Positions 15,986 to 24,651 of a stretch of 38,759 nt of DNA are shown one piece after another. Under the pieces are notes generated by a model. That model was not told where the DNA came from. It saw only the letters and a program-made list of their open reading frames with translations, and did not search any database. Position 1 is the stretch's first letter, and the number at the start of each line of letters is the position of its first letter. The stretch is from a virus. Location of the stretch: IMG/VR virus record IMGVR_UViG_3300038956_000256, positions 1 through 38,759 of that record. One strand, 5' to 3'. The translations under genes were made by a program, and so were the position numbers.

Positions 15986-16960
15986 TTAAGTTTGTATTGT
16001 TACCGTGCCCTCGATTCTGAGTTTTATATAAACCTTTTCTGCTTCTGATGTTCCATTCGACCCCGCTTCGAAAACCGTGATGTATGCCGTTTTCGTTTCA
16101 GTATCGGTTGAAACGGCATTGGTCGCTGTCAGTGTGACTGTGTAAGTGCCAGGAGAAGTGTATCGATGTGTAGGATTTTGCTCTGTTGAAGTTGTTCCAT
16201 CTCCAAAATTCCAGAGCCACGATCTTGGTAACCCTGTCGAAGTGTCTGAAAATGAGAATACCGTATCAGTTGTCCCGCTTCTGACAGGTGCGATGAAATT
16301 CGCATCTATCCGCATGCTGTCGTATTCGAAATTTGAGAATTTTATGGTTATGGGGTTGCCACTCGCTGGACCTTCTCCCTGCGCGAGAACTCCAAAAAAC
16401 ATGCAGATGTACGCGCTTGTATGCGGAATATCGTCTCCTGTATAGTTCCAGTCGAGGATTGTAGTACCATCCGAGGCAACTACTGAATAGTAAACATAGT
16501 CGGGAGTCCATTCTATTGTGTAGACTACCCCGCTATCGTTTATATAGGGGTTGGTGCTCAGGCAACCATAGTAAATATTTTCAGGGTGCGAGTCGATGCT
16601 TGCAGGATGGCAGGAAAACCAGATTCTCTCGTCATACCCAGGCCACTGATTGATTTCAATATCTAGCTCGTTGGGTATGTCTGTGTTGGGATCGTCATAG
16701 TAGGTGTAGAGACCCAGGCACGCGTTTCTCTCGATGTTTAAGGTAGGGGAGCTTGCCGTCCACCTTATACGCCCGTATTTGTAAGGGGTCGGGGTCTCGA
16801 AAAGTACACCTTTGTAGATGCCATCGAACTTCTGCATTCGCAGATTGAGGTCTCCGTTATCGTCTACCCATGCATTCGAGCGATCTACCCTATCTCCCTG
16901 ACACCAAACCCATGAAATACCTTTCCAGGGTAGCCTGTCGTTTTCTATGTACGTTACCAT
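15986..16960 (-). CDS. GH16-like glycoside hydrolase fused to a PKD domain
   Basis: ELDIE (E-x-D-x-E catalytic motif), YTIEWTPDYV; PKD core SWLWNFGDGTTSTEQNPTHRYTSPGTYTVTLT. Confidence 0.8.
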   Translation of the reverse strand: MVTYIENDRLPWKGISWVWCQGDRVDRSNAWVDDNGDLNLRMQKFDGIYKGVLFETPTPYKYGRIRWTASSPTLNIERNACLGLYTYYDDPNTDIPNELDIEINQWPGYDERIWFSCHPASIDSHPENIYYGCLSTNPYINDSGVVYTIEWTPDYVYYSVVASDGTTILDWNYTGDDIPHTSAYICMFFGVLAQGEGPASGNPITIKFSNFEYDSMRIDANFIAPVRSGTTDTVFSFSDTSTGLPRSWLWNFGDGTTSTEQNPTHRYTSPGTYTVTLTATNAVSTDTETKTAYITVFEAGSNGTSEAEKVYIKLRIEGTVTIQT

Positions 16961-16970
16961 GATATCCTCC

Positions 16971-17357
16971 TTATATCAGTTCAACCTCGCCCTCGAAATC
17001 AATACCTACGGTCTGATTCAATTCTTTAATCATCGCCCTCAATATATTCTTGTCTTCAAGATCATTCGCTCGCTTCTGAGCCTGTACTTTTGCAACTTCA
17101 AGTGCCTGATCCTTGAGAGATGTAATTAGTGCCCGCCGTTCTGCTTCTGTTTCAGGAAGATTGTAAGGTATTGCGACAGGTACGGGAAACTCAGGATAGA
17201 GTGGGAGAGGTTTCCCGTTCTGTCCAATTTTATCTGTCAGAATTATATTCCCATCTGGATCTCTCACGGGGTTACCTCGATCTTCCCACGTGATTATTAT
17301 GTTGCGTCCTGTGTCTGGGGCATATGCTCTGAGTCGTCTGAGTTTGATTGTTGCCAT
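16971..17357 (-). CDS. Hypothetical protein in the head module
   Basis: 128-aa ORF, tightly packed in the operon. Confidence 0.7.
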   Translation of the reverse strand: MATIKLRRLRAYAPDTGRNIIITWEDRGNPVRDPDGNIILTDKIGQNGKPLPLYPEFPVPVAIPYNLPETEAERRALITSLKDQALEVAKVQAQKRANDLEDKNILRAMIKELNQTVGIDFEGEVELI

Positions 17358-17358
17358 G

Positions 17359-19536
17359 TTATATCACCATTCCGTAAGACTGTAAGAATTTTGTTATTGA
17401 GCCTTCTATAGATGCCTCTAGGCAATCTGGAATATTATTAGAATCACTATCAAGTGCAGGATTACTATGCGTCACTCGCCCGTGATACAACTGCCCGTTT
17501 CCGGGGAATAATTTCAATTCGTGAATAGTCCCGCTTTCGTCTTTTTTGAATTCGAGTTGTTTAGGGCGGTATGTGTGCAGGAAAAAATCAATTTCTGTTT
17601 TAGCGGGATCATATAGAGCTATCCAGGGTTTTGAGAGGTTTTGTAAGCCGTATGAGGCGTTTGTGGAGTCTGCGAAAACGTATGTTGTGCTGCCCATGTT
17701 GTGAATAGTGGGAGCGTATCTCAGAGTAGGCACTGCTGAAAAAATAGAACCAATCGAAACGGTATGATCAAAATACACGAATTCACGGAGGGTACAATTT
17801 GAATATCCAAGCACCGAAGACGAACCTTGATACGCGCCCAATTTTATTGGGTTCGCGGAATCACCCGCCCATGTACGCGGTGTAGAAAGTGTGTATTGTG
17901 TATCATTGAGATTTACAACTATGTTGTTAGTGCCCGGTTTGCCATCCCAACTCATTTGGAATATATATTCAGTATTGATTGAAAGGACATCAGTAATTGA
18001 TAGACGTGTGACGACTGTCCCATCTGAAATCCATATCTCTATATTACGATTTGATCTGAGATAAATAAATAATCCTCTAGCTCCCGTGTAAGCTGCACCC
18101 GTATCAAAAAGAGACTGATCTATCAATGTTGCACCAGTTTTAAATTTTATGCCAATCGCAAACCCATTTTCAACTGCTATTTTTTTTGTTGTTGAAATGT
18201 ATCCAGTTGATCCGTCAAACCTAAACCCACCATCAAGCTTTACAACGCCACCTACTATAGTTCCAGTATTATTATTCCCGCTCAAATCAGGGACAATATT
18301 TCCGACCGTATCAGTATAATTTATAACTAATTTTAATCGAACTTTATTAAAATTCGTCCGTTCGTTGTCACTCGGAGGCAGGTCTACTTTCAATCCGATT
18401 CTCTTATCAGTCCCTAAATTATTACTATAAGTAATACTCCCCGAAGAACCGTTTACCTTAGCTGCTGCTGATCCCTTGGGGAAAACTGCTCTACCTAATC
18501 CAGTTCCGTAGACATCATCAAGTTTTGTACCGTCCAAAAACGTGCAGTTTGCGCTTGTTTGTGATACCTGAGAATAAGCACCGTCTAAAGAATGTGTAGA
18601 ACAGAGTTGATATGCTGTGCCGTCGTGTGTATAGAGTTGTAGGGATGTCTTGGCGAGGTTGTCAGGGGTTTGAATTTCCAGTGTTGTTTGGCGGGCTACA
18701 TCTGCCTGAATATCATCAAGATAAAACGTAATATCTGATTCGTCTTTTTGGTCTGTGCCTATATATAGCGTAACATCGTTTGACCAGTCGATTGTACCGG
18801 AAACGGTTGACGGGTAAAGCCCCTCAGTTCCAGCAGGAGCGTGTATCGGCAAGACAAAGCTAGTTACAGTATTTGCAGGTATTGGGAATCTAGTGCCTCG
18901 AAATTCGACTCTATTCTCGCCTTGTGCAATCGAAACAAATAAATTTTTAGTCGTATTACACTCGATTTTAAATGTTAGGAACTGTTTACCAGCGAGTGAA
19001 ACGGTTTTAATTATTTTGAACCCTACTGATATCGTGCCTCTACCTACTGCTTTTATTCTGCCGTTTTCAGTAGTAAGAGATGTTAACGCACCCGTGCCTG
19101 CGCTCCATCCTTCAATGGTAGTACCGTCACTAATAACAGTAGGATTATTACTCACTGAAGTATTCGCAACAACAAACTCTTCAGTAATACTATGATTTGT
19201 AGTATCCACACTCAACAAATTTAGCTCTTTCAGCTTCCCCGCCGATAACGTTTTTGAAGAATTCTGACCGTTGACATCATGTAAATATACCCCGTCGCCT
19301 TCGATGATATTGACAGTCCCTACACAATAATCAGGAGAGCCAGACCCTTTCAGACCGCCGAATGGAGATTCAGCGATTGTTAAACGGTTGCTGTTGAGAG
19401 TATATTCATTATTTAGAGGGAGGATGTCAGGATTTCCAGAGGGGAGAACTAAGACTTTGCCCTCTGTCTCGATTGTGATAGACTCCCCCTGGGGATCTAT
19501 TCGCTTGAAGGGGGCCGAAGGGGTACGTAGTTTCAC
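17359..19536 (-). CDS. Virion fibre/adhesin with a LamG/ConA-like domain
   Basis: 725 aa, S/T/G-rich beta protein; VPDLSGNNNTGTIVGG...FRFDGSTGYI LamG signature. Confidence 0.7.
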   Translation of the reverse strand: MKLRTPSAPFKRIDPQGESITIETEGKVLVLPSGNPDILPLNNEYTLNSNRLTIAESPFGGLKGSGSPDYCVGTVNIIEGDGVYLHDVNGQNSSKTLSAGKLKELNLLSVDTTNHSITEEFVVANTSVSNNPTVISDGTTIEGWSAGTGALTSLTTENGRIKAVGRGTISVGFKIIKTVSLAGKQFLTFKIECNTTKNLFVSIAQGENRVEFRGTRFPIPANTVTSFVLPIHAPAGTEGLYPSTVSGTIDWSNDVTLYIGTDQKDESDITFYLDDIQADVARQTTLEIQTPDNLAKTSLQLYTHDGTAYQLCSTHSLDGAYSQVSQTSANCTFLDGTKLDDVYGTGLGRAVFPKGSAAAKVNGSSGSITYSNNLGTDKRIGLKVDLPPSDNERTNFNKVRLKLVINYTDTVGNIVPDLSGNNNTGTIVGGVVKLDGGFRFDGSTGYISTTKKIAVENGFAIGIKFKTGATLIDQSLFDTGAAYTGARGLFIYLRSNRNIEIWISDGTVVTRLSITDVLSINTEYIFQMSWDGKPGTNNIVVNLNDTQYTLSTPRTWAGDSANPIKLGAYQGSSSVLGYSNCTLREFVYFDHTVSIGSIFSAVPTLRYAPTIHNMGSTTYVFADSTNASYGLQNLSKPWIALYDPAKTEIDFFLHTYRPKQLEFKKDESGTIHELKLFPGNGQLYHGRVTHSNPALDSDSNNIPDCLEASIEGSITKFLQSYGMVI

Positions 19537-19537
19537 T

Positions 19538-19867
19538 TTAAGCCCTCTGTGATATTATAACGCTGTATTTTGTCGCGTTTGTGGTGTCATGGTTAGTAGC
19601 CTTAAAGATGAGGTAAGCCGGTACTATATCGACGGGGATCTGAGCGACCCTTAAAGCTGTGCTTAAAGTAACTGGCTGCAGGGGAGCGTTATTAACCCCG
19701 TCAGGGGATGAGCCTACATTTACCGTTAAATTGGTGCTGTCTCCCTCGTTTACCACATAGATAATTATCTGGTTTAAGGTGTCTTCCAGTTTCACGACTA
19801 CCGGATCGTTGGTAGCCCCTGCGCTTACTGCTGCGCTGCTTATTACTTTCACACTGTTAAAGCTCAT
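19538..19867 (-). CDS. Small beta-sandwich virion protein (possible spike or fibre base)
   Basis: 109 aa of alternating beta pattern (LTVNVGSSPDG); immediately upstream of the fibre gene. Confidence 0.5.
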   Translation of the reverse strand: MSFNSVKVISSAAVSAGATNDPVVVKLEDTLNQIIIYVVNEGDSTNLTVNVGSSPDGVNNAPLQPVTLSTALRVAQIPVDIVPAYLIFKATNHDTTNATKYSVIISQRA

Positions 19868-19880
19868 TTAAACCACTTTT

Positions 19881-20477
19881 TTATTCTGGTATAACTGTCC
19901 CTATGCCCTGCATAAGCTGGGCCCGGACTGCGTCTTCTAGTGTTGCCTTTGTGTTATAGAAGGCTGAGATAAGCCGGTCCCTGCACTCGTCGAGCCCTGA
20001 GTTTTTATTCCACTTTACCTTTACCCTTTTAGCCTGTGATCTGTCCTGATCCTTCCCTATCACGGAGGCAGTAACCTCGAAGATCTCCGGGGTTATGGCC
20101 TGTACCTCGATAGAATCTGCGATAATAATTTCGTCCTTGTTAACTCCGACTTTCACGATCTTCTCGTACTTCGACGGATCGCCTGAGAAGATTACCTCCG
20201 GGATAGTTACGTGGCTCATGCCGTAAAGAACCAGCTCACGGTAAGCAATTTTTTCAGCTTCCTTCCTGAAATAATCGATAGCTTCCTCTTTTGCCAGGGT
20301 CAGAGCCTTGTTTAGACCCTGCATCGTTTGCTCTTCCGGAATGACAATAAAATCTTTTTGCGGGTTGCTGCCGTCTGCGTAGGTATTAGCAGTATCCTTT
20401 AAGACAATATGGATAGCTCCCTCGTCGTCCACAGTATAGGCTGGAGTGTTTGCAGGTACTATATTAATAGTTACCAT
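19881..20477 (-). CDS. Hypothetical protein downstream of the portal
   Basis: 198-aa ORF, GAGGT RBS. Confidence 0.7.
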   Translation of the reverse strand: MVTINIVPANTPAYTVDDEGAIHIVLKDTANTYADGSNPQKDFIVIPEEQTMQGLNKALTLAKEEAIDYFRKEAEKIAYRELVLYGMSHVTIPEVIFSGDPSKYEKIVKVGVNKDEIIIADSIEVQAITPEIFEVTASVIGKDQDRSQAKRVKVKWNKNSGLDECRDRLISAFYNTKATLEDAVRAQLMQGIGTVIPE

Positions 20478-20511
20478 TTTTTTAACCTCTTTTAACCTCT
20501 TTATATAATCG

Positions 20512-21750
20512 TTATTCTTCAGCTTCTTCCCCGTTCACTAGATAGAAACCGCTCCATTTTCGGAACTCGTCGCGCTCTATAACTCCCGTATTATACATTT
20601 CCTGGACCTCTGAGGCTGTGAGCTTGACCTTTGAGAGCTCCTCGAATTTTATTTCGATCGAGTCCTCGGGCTTCCCTTTAGATACGAGCCAACGGTTAAC
20701 GAAATCCTGGGTAATATTCTCTGTGATCTTCTGCAGGCCCTCCAGGACGACGAGCCGGTCTTCTTCTACCAGATAGCCGCTCGCGTAGGTTGTCCCGCTA
20801 GCCTTTCCCATGGTTAGGGGGGTCTGGAATAACCCGAGCTGGATTTCGGTTTCTAGCGACTCCTTAAAGCCCATGACGTCTAGGCTGCCTTTTGCGTCGA
20901 TCGGAATAACCTTTAAACCGATTGCAGAGATGTCCTCGTTTTCTGAGAGGTTTTTATTATCTTCGAGCCATTCGTCGTGAAGCTTCCCGGCGTCCTCCGG
21001 GGTTATTATTTCAGCTTCGACGAGCTTTTCGAGCATAACATGATCGTAATGATAACGCCCCATGCCATAGCGTTTCACAAAAGAGACATACCCCTTATTG
21101 ATATTCAGCAAATTTCTTATACTGAGCTCTAGGGGATCGAGTAAGCTGGACCCATAGAGCCCGATTGTTTCACGCTGCTTAATGTCTTCCTGCACGTAGT
21201 CCCAGGGGTTTAAGTTCCCGATTACTAACTCGGAAGGGTCGAAGGTCTTCTGAGATGTAGAGCCCTCGTTTATTACTACAGTGGCGATAGGTGCCTGCAT
21301 CACATCGGTAGGTCTGTCGTTTGGTTTTACTCCTTCCGGTAGGACTGTTGTATAAGGCATTAATAAAGGGTATAGCGTGAAATGGGTTTCATCCCCGGCA
21401 GGCTTTCCGATGATTATGCCGTCTCGACATAGTAACCGCCCGATCGTGGCGACCTGCTCGTTAAGGTTTGCTTTCTTCCTCCAGGTCTCAAACTCTTTAA
21501 TTAGGGTTTTTTTCTTGCTGTCTGCGCTCATCCCCTTAGACAGCATAAGGCCAAGTTTGTTAAGAGGGACTGAGACATAAGGGGAAGCCGTGCTGAGCTG
21601 CTGATAATATCTGAAACGGTTATTAGTGTCAAAATTTGGAATACCGCCTATCGTGCTGGTTTTGTCGTCCCGCTTTGTTACATTAAGGGAGGCACCCAGC
21701 CGGATTTTAGAGCCTGCGGTCTTTGCTGCGGTTGTCGTTTTAGAAACCAT
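20512..21750 (-). CDS. Portal protein
   Basis: 412 aa, helical; GSSLLDPL...LLNI clip region; C-terminal IEIKFEELS...MYNTGVIERDEFRKW; located downstream of the terminase. Confidence 0.75.
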   Translation of the reverse strand: MVSKTTTAAKTAGSKIRLGASLNVTKRDDKTSTIGGIPNFDTNNRFRYYQQLSTASPYVSVPLNKLGLMLSKGMSADSKKKTLIKEFETWRKKANLNEQVATIGRLLCRDGIIIGKPAGDETHFTLYPLLMPYTTVLPEGVKPNDRPTDVMQAPIATVVINEGSTSQKTFDPSELVIGNLNPWDYVQEDIKQRETIGLYGSSLLDPLELSIRNLLNINKGYVSFVKRYGMGRYHYDHVMLEKLVEAEIITPEDAGKLHDEWLEDNKNLSENEDISAIGLKVIPIDAKGSLDVMGFKESLETEIQLGLFQTPLTMGKASGTTYASGYLVEEDRLVVLEGLQKITENITQDFVNRWLVSKGKPEDSIEIKFEELSKVKLTASEVQEMYNTGVIERDEFRKWSGFYLVNGEEAEE

Positions 21751-22123
21751 GTGGGGGTAACCTCGTATTTCATCTGTTCACGCTATTAACCATATTATAT
21801 GTTCGCTTGTATAAAAGAAATTGTATAAAAATATTAAGCTAGATAAAAACTAGAAAATGAGATTAAGATCAGGAAAACGGATATATCAAGATTAACCAGA
21901 GCGTTTAACAGTGAGCCTGAGAAACACAAAAAAGTAAACATAAAAGAAAAGAAAACAGGAGAAAACAAAAAAATGGAAAAAGGAGAAGCAGAAAGCCTGG
22001 GACTGGCTCCAATCAGTCCCGAGGCGTTAGAATCAGGTTAAGTAGACCATTCTAATAATTAGGCTAACCTATTATTTATATCTTTTTGTATCATAGACGG
22101 ATTCCAGAGATGACCATTCCATA

Positions 22124-22217
22124 AAAAAAAAGATATCTCTTATTATCTCTCTAATACTTTATACGAATACGTATTCGTATAATTAATTAATTAATTAATA
22201 AGAGACCTCTTTTTTTT
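22124..22217. repeat. 94-bp dyad-symmetric element with a perfect 24-bp palindromic core
   Basis: Core TTATACGAATACGTATTCGTATAA (22159-22182); outer arms AAAAAAAAGAtaTCTCTTATTA / TAATAAGAGAccTCTTTTTTTT share the same centre; (TAAT)n tract at 22180-22199. Confidence 0.85.
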
Positions 22218-22272
22218 GGTATCTTTTATTTAAACGTTTCTATCAATTTGTTTCGTTTCGTTATCGAGTGCC

Positions 22273-23694
22273 TTATCTCTTTTTCCTGGATTTACTCATA
22301 GATGAGTAATTAAATTTCTTTACTTTCTTTTTGCTTTCGATCATCACTTGGAAAGCGTAGCTTATGTTATCGACCTGGTCGTCGTGTTCTCCGTAAGGGA
22401 AAGCGACGAGCTCGTCTTCGAGATCCTGGACCCAGGGAGCCTCGGCTCTAAAGAATATACGCCCGGCAGCCATTCGAGCGGCTGCAGGTATAGCCCTCGT
22501 TACTTTGTCCCTAGTCCCTGGCTTAAGCTCCTTAACTGGTAGCCCCTCTTTATCAAGAAACTGATAGAGAACTTTACCAGCTCCAACGCTTTCGACCCAT
22601 TGCGAAGAGGGTCTCCATTTACGATACTGCTGCCAGAATAGGTTTACCTGATCCGGGCTTTCGAGCCTGAGCCTTAATAAGTCAAGTAATACCAGGTCGT
22701 TGTCTGGAGTCATCGCCCATGTCGCAAGGACAAAATAATCAGCCTTTGAGCTGGCTGTCGCTGCAGGGTCGCAGGTCTGGAAAATCTCGCAGTCATCATA
22801 CAAGAATTTCCTTTCCCCTAGGTCCACCACTCCGCCCTCTAGGGTAGCATACCGGAAATACTGAGTTTTGAAAATTGCGCCCTCTTCGTCCTGGGGTGCC
22901 TGCTGGTAGAGTGCAGCCCACCAATAAGGCCCGAGGGTTTCTTTAATATTTTTGAGTGCTGCCTCATCGAATCTCTGCCTAAAGAGTGCCTCGCCGGGTT
23001 TCCTGCCTAGCGGATCGTTTGACCCTGCTAGAGCTGGCAGGTTAATAACGGTCCACTTATGCGCCTCATCTTTGAGGAGCTGCCCGGACAAATCGGCATC
23101 ATGCCATCGAGTTTGAATAATGACCACGGACCCGCCAGGCTCCAGTCTCGTAAATGCCGTGCTTTTAAACCAGTCCATGGTCTTGTCTCTGTATCTCTTG
23201 CTCAGTGCCTGCTCTGCGTTTTTAATCGGATCGTCGATTATAAGCAGGTCTGCACCCTTTCCGGTGATTGCTCCCCCTACTCCTGCGGTCATCATCCCGC
23301 CAGCATGTCCTTGTATGTCCCAACGATCCCGAGCCGAGGAGTTAGCAGCGATTTCTATGCCTAGCTTCGTCGGTCCGTGTTCCTGGATCAAGGAGCGGAC
23401 TTTATAGCCCCAAGAGGCTGCAAAATCCGCTTCATAACTTGTCAGGATAACCCTTCTATCTGGATACTTCGAGAGGTACCAGGCAGGAAAGAATTTCGAG
23501 GTCAGTTCGCTCTTTCCGTGTCGCGGGGGCATGAAAATCATCAGGTTTTTAATGACGCCTGCGGCTACCTGGACCAGATAAGAGTCTAATAAAAGCAAGT
23601 GATCGGCAGGGTACCACCTACCACAAGATAACGAATAAGCCAGGCTCGCGGGGGAAACATTCACGGGGGGTGCTGGCAAGCAGCTCATCATCAT
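22273..23694 (-). CDS. terL: Terminase large subunit
   Basis: Walker A MPPRHGKSELTS, Walker B LLIIDDPIK, coupling motif IQTRWH, RNase H-like CDPA and HDDQVD. Confidence 0.95.
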   Translation of the reverse strand: MMMSCLPAPPVNVSPASLAYSLSCGRWYPADHLLLLDSYLVQVAAGVIKNLMIFMPPRHGKSELTSKFFPAWYLSKYPDRRVILTSYEADFAASWGYKVRSLIQEHGPTKLGIEIAANSSARDRWDIQGHAGGMMTAGVGGAITGKGADLLIIDDPIKNAEQALSKRYRDKTMDWFKSTAFTRLEPGGSVVIIQTRWHDADLSGQLLKDEAHKWTVINLPALAGSNDPLGRKPGEALFRQRFDEAALKNIKETLGPYWWAALYQQAPQDEEGAIFKTQYFRYATLEGGVVDLGERKFLYDDCEIFQTCDPAATASSKADYFVLATWAMTPDNDLVLLDLLRLRLESPDQVNLFWQQYRKWRPSSQWVESVGAGKVLYQFLDKEGLPVKELKPGTRDKVTRAIPAAARMAAGRIFFRAEAPWVQDLEDELVAFPYGEHDDQVDNISYAFQVMIESKKKVKKFNYSSMSKSRKKR

Positions 23695-23756
23695 TACTTA
23701 TAGTAACACCGTTAACAAAATAAATATTCGTGTATAGATGTTAAGAGGTGCCTATT

Positions 23757-24002
23757 TTACTTAAAACAAAATTTTATATCGATAGGGTCGTCCTCTGGGT
23801 GTGTAGCGTTCCAGGCTGCCTTTAAAATGTTGTGAACGGTCGCCAGGACTTCCTGGTCTACAACATAGTTAAGGGTTTCTGCAGCTCTGAGCTCGGACTC
23901 TGAGATCCCGCTCTTTTTGATCCTCTTCTCTGCTCTGGCCCTCGCGTGCTCCCATTCTTTCGATGCCCTGATCGTCTCGGGGGTCACCGGTAGATGGATC
24001 AC
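23757..24002 (-). CDS. Hypothetical protein upstream of terL (possible terminase small subunit); may start at an ATC at 24071
   Basis: Helical ORF; frame open 23 more codons upstream to an ATC 7 nt after GGAGG. Confidence 0.6.
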   Translation of the reverse strand: MIHLPVTPETIRASKEWEHARARAEKRIKKSGISESELRAAETLNYVVDQEVLATVHNILKAAWNATHPEDDPIDIKFCFK

Positions 24003-24052
24003 TCGGTCCTCTGTCCTTATGACCGCCTTTTTAATGTCGGCTATTTCTTTCC

Positions 24053-24331
24053 TTAGTGCTGCGATTGTGATTTAATAGCCTCCTTGAGTTCCTGGACCTC
24101 GGCCCGCAACTTGTCGAGTTCTGCGTCCTTGAGGATCGCGTTCTGGACCTGTAAAGCCTGTATCAAGGCTCTTATGTACCCTAGCTTAATCGAGTCTCCT
24201 TCCTGGACCCTAAAGCGTTTTACATTGATTCTTTTCTGCAGGTTGTATATTAATTCGGAGTTGGCCCTTAACAATCTATCCCGCGTCGAAAAATCCTGGT
24301 AATCATCTGTTCTGCTGTTATCGTTTTTCAT
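24053..24331 (-). CDS. Small coiled-coil protein
   Basis: 92 aa; RFRVQEGDSIKLGYIRALIQALQVQNAILKDAEL recalls a family seen in Methanosarcina mobile elements (from memory). Confidence 0.7.
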   Translation of the reverse strand: MKNDNSRTDDYQDFSTRDRLLRANSELIYNLQKRINVKRFRVQEGDSIKLGYIRALIQALQVQNAILKDAELDKLRAEVQELKEAIKSQSQH

Positions 24332-24651
24332 AATATCTCTTCAAATAGTTTTGGCTTTTAACTGACAGTATATTATATTCCTAAATATTTATACATACTT
24401 GTAAATTAAATTCGATAGCTGCAGGCCCTCCATGAGAAAATTTTATAATAAATAGACGCCCTATTTTAAGTTGGTCATTTAAAATATGCCTCCTGGTCCA
24501 GGGGGAAGGGTCGCGCCTCCCTCTCTCCAGGTCTGTTTATTCTCAGGCGTTTTAAGAGCTTTTTTCAAGATGGTTAAAGGGTTATTACCTGGAAGGCCCT
24601 AAAATCCCCAGGAAAAGGACGAGGTGAGCCTTCTGGCTCACAAAAAAGAGT

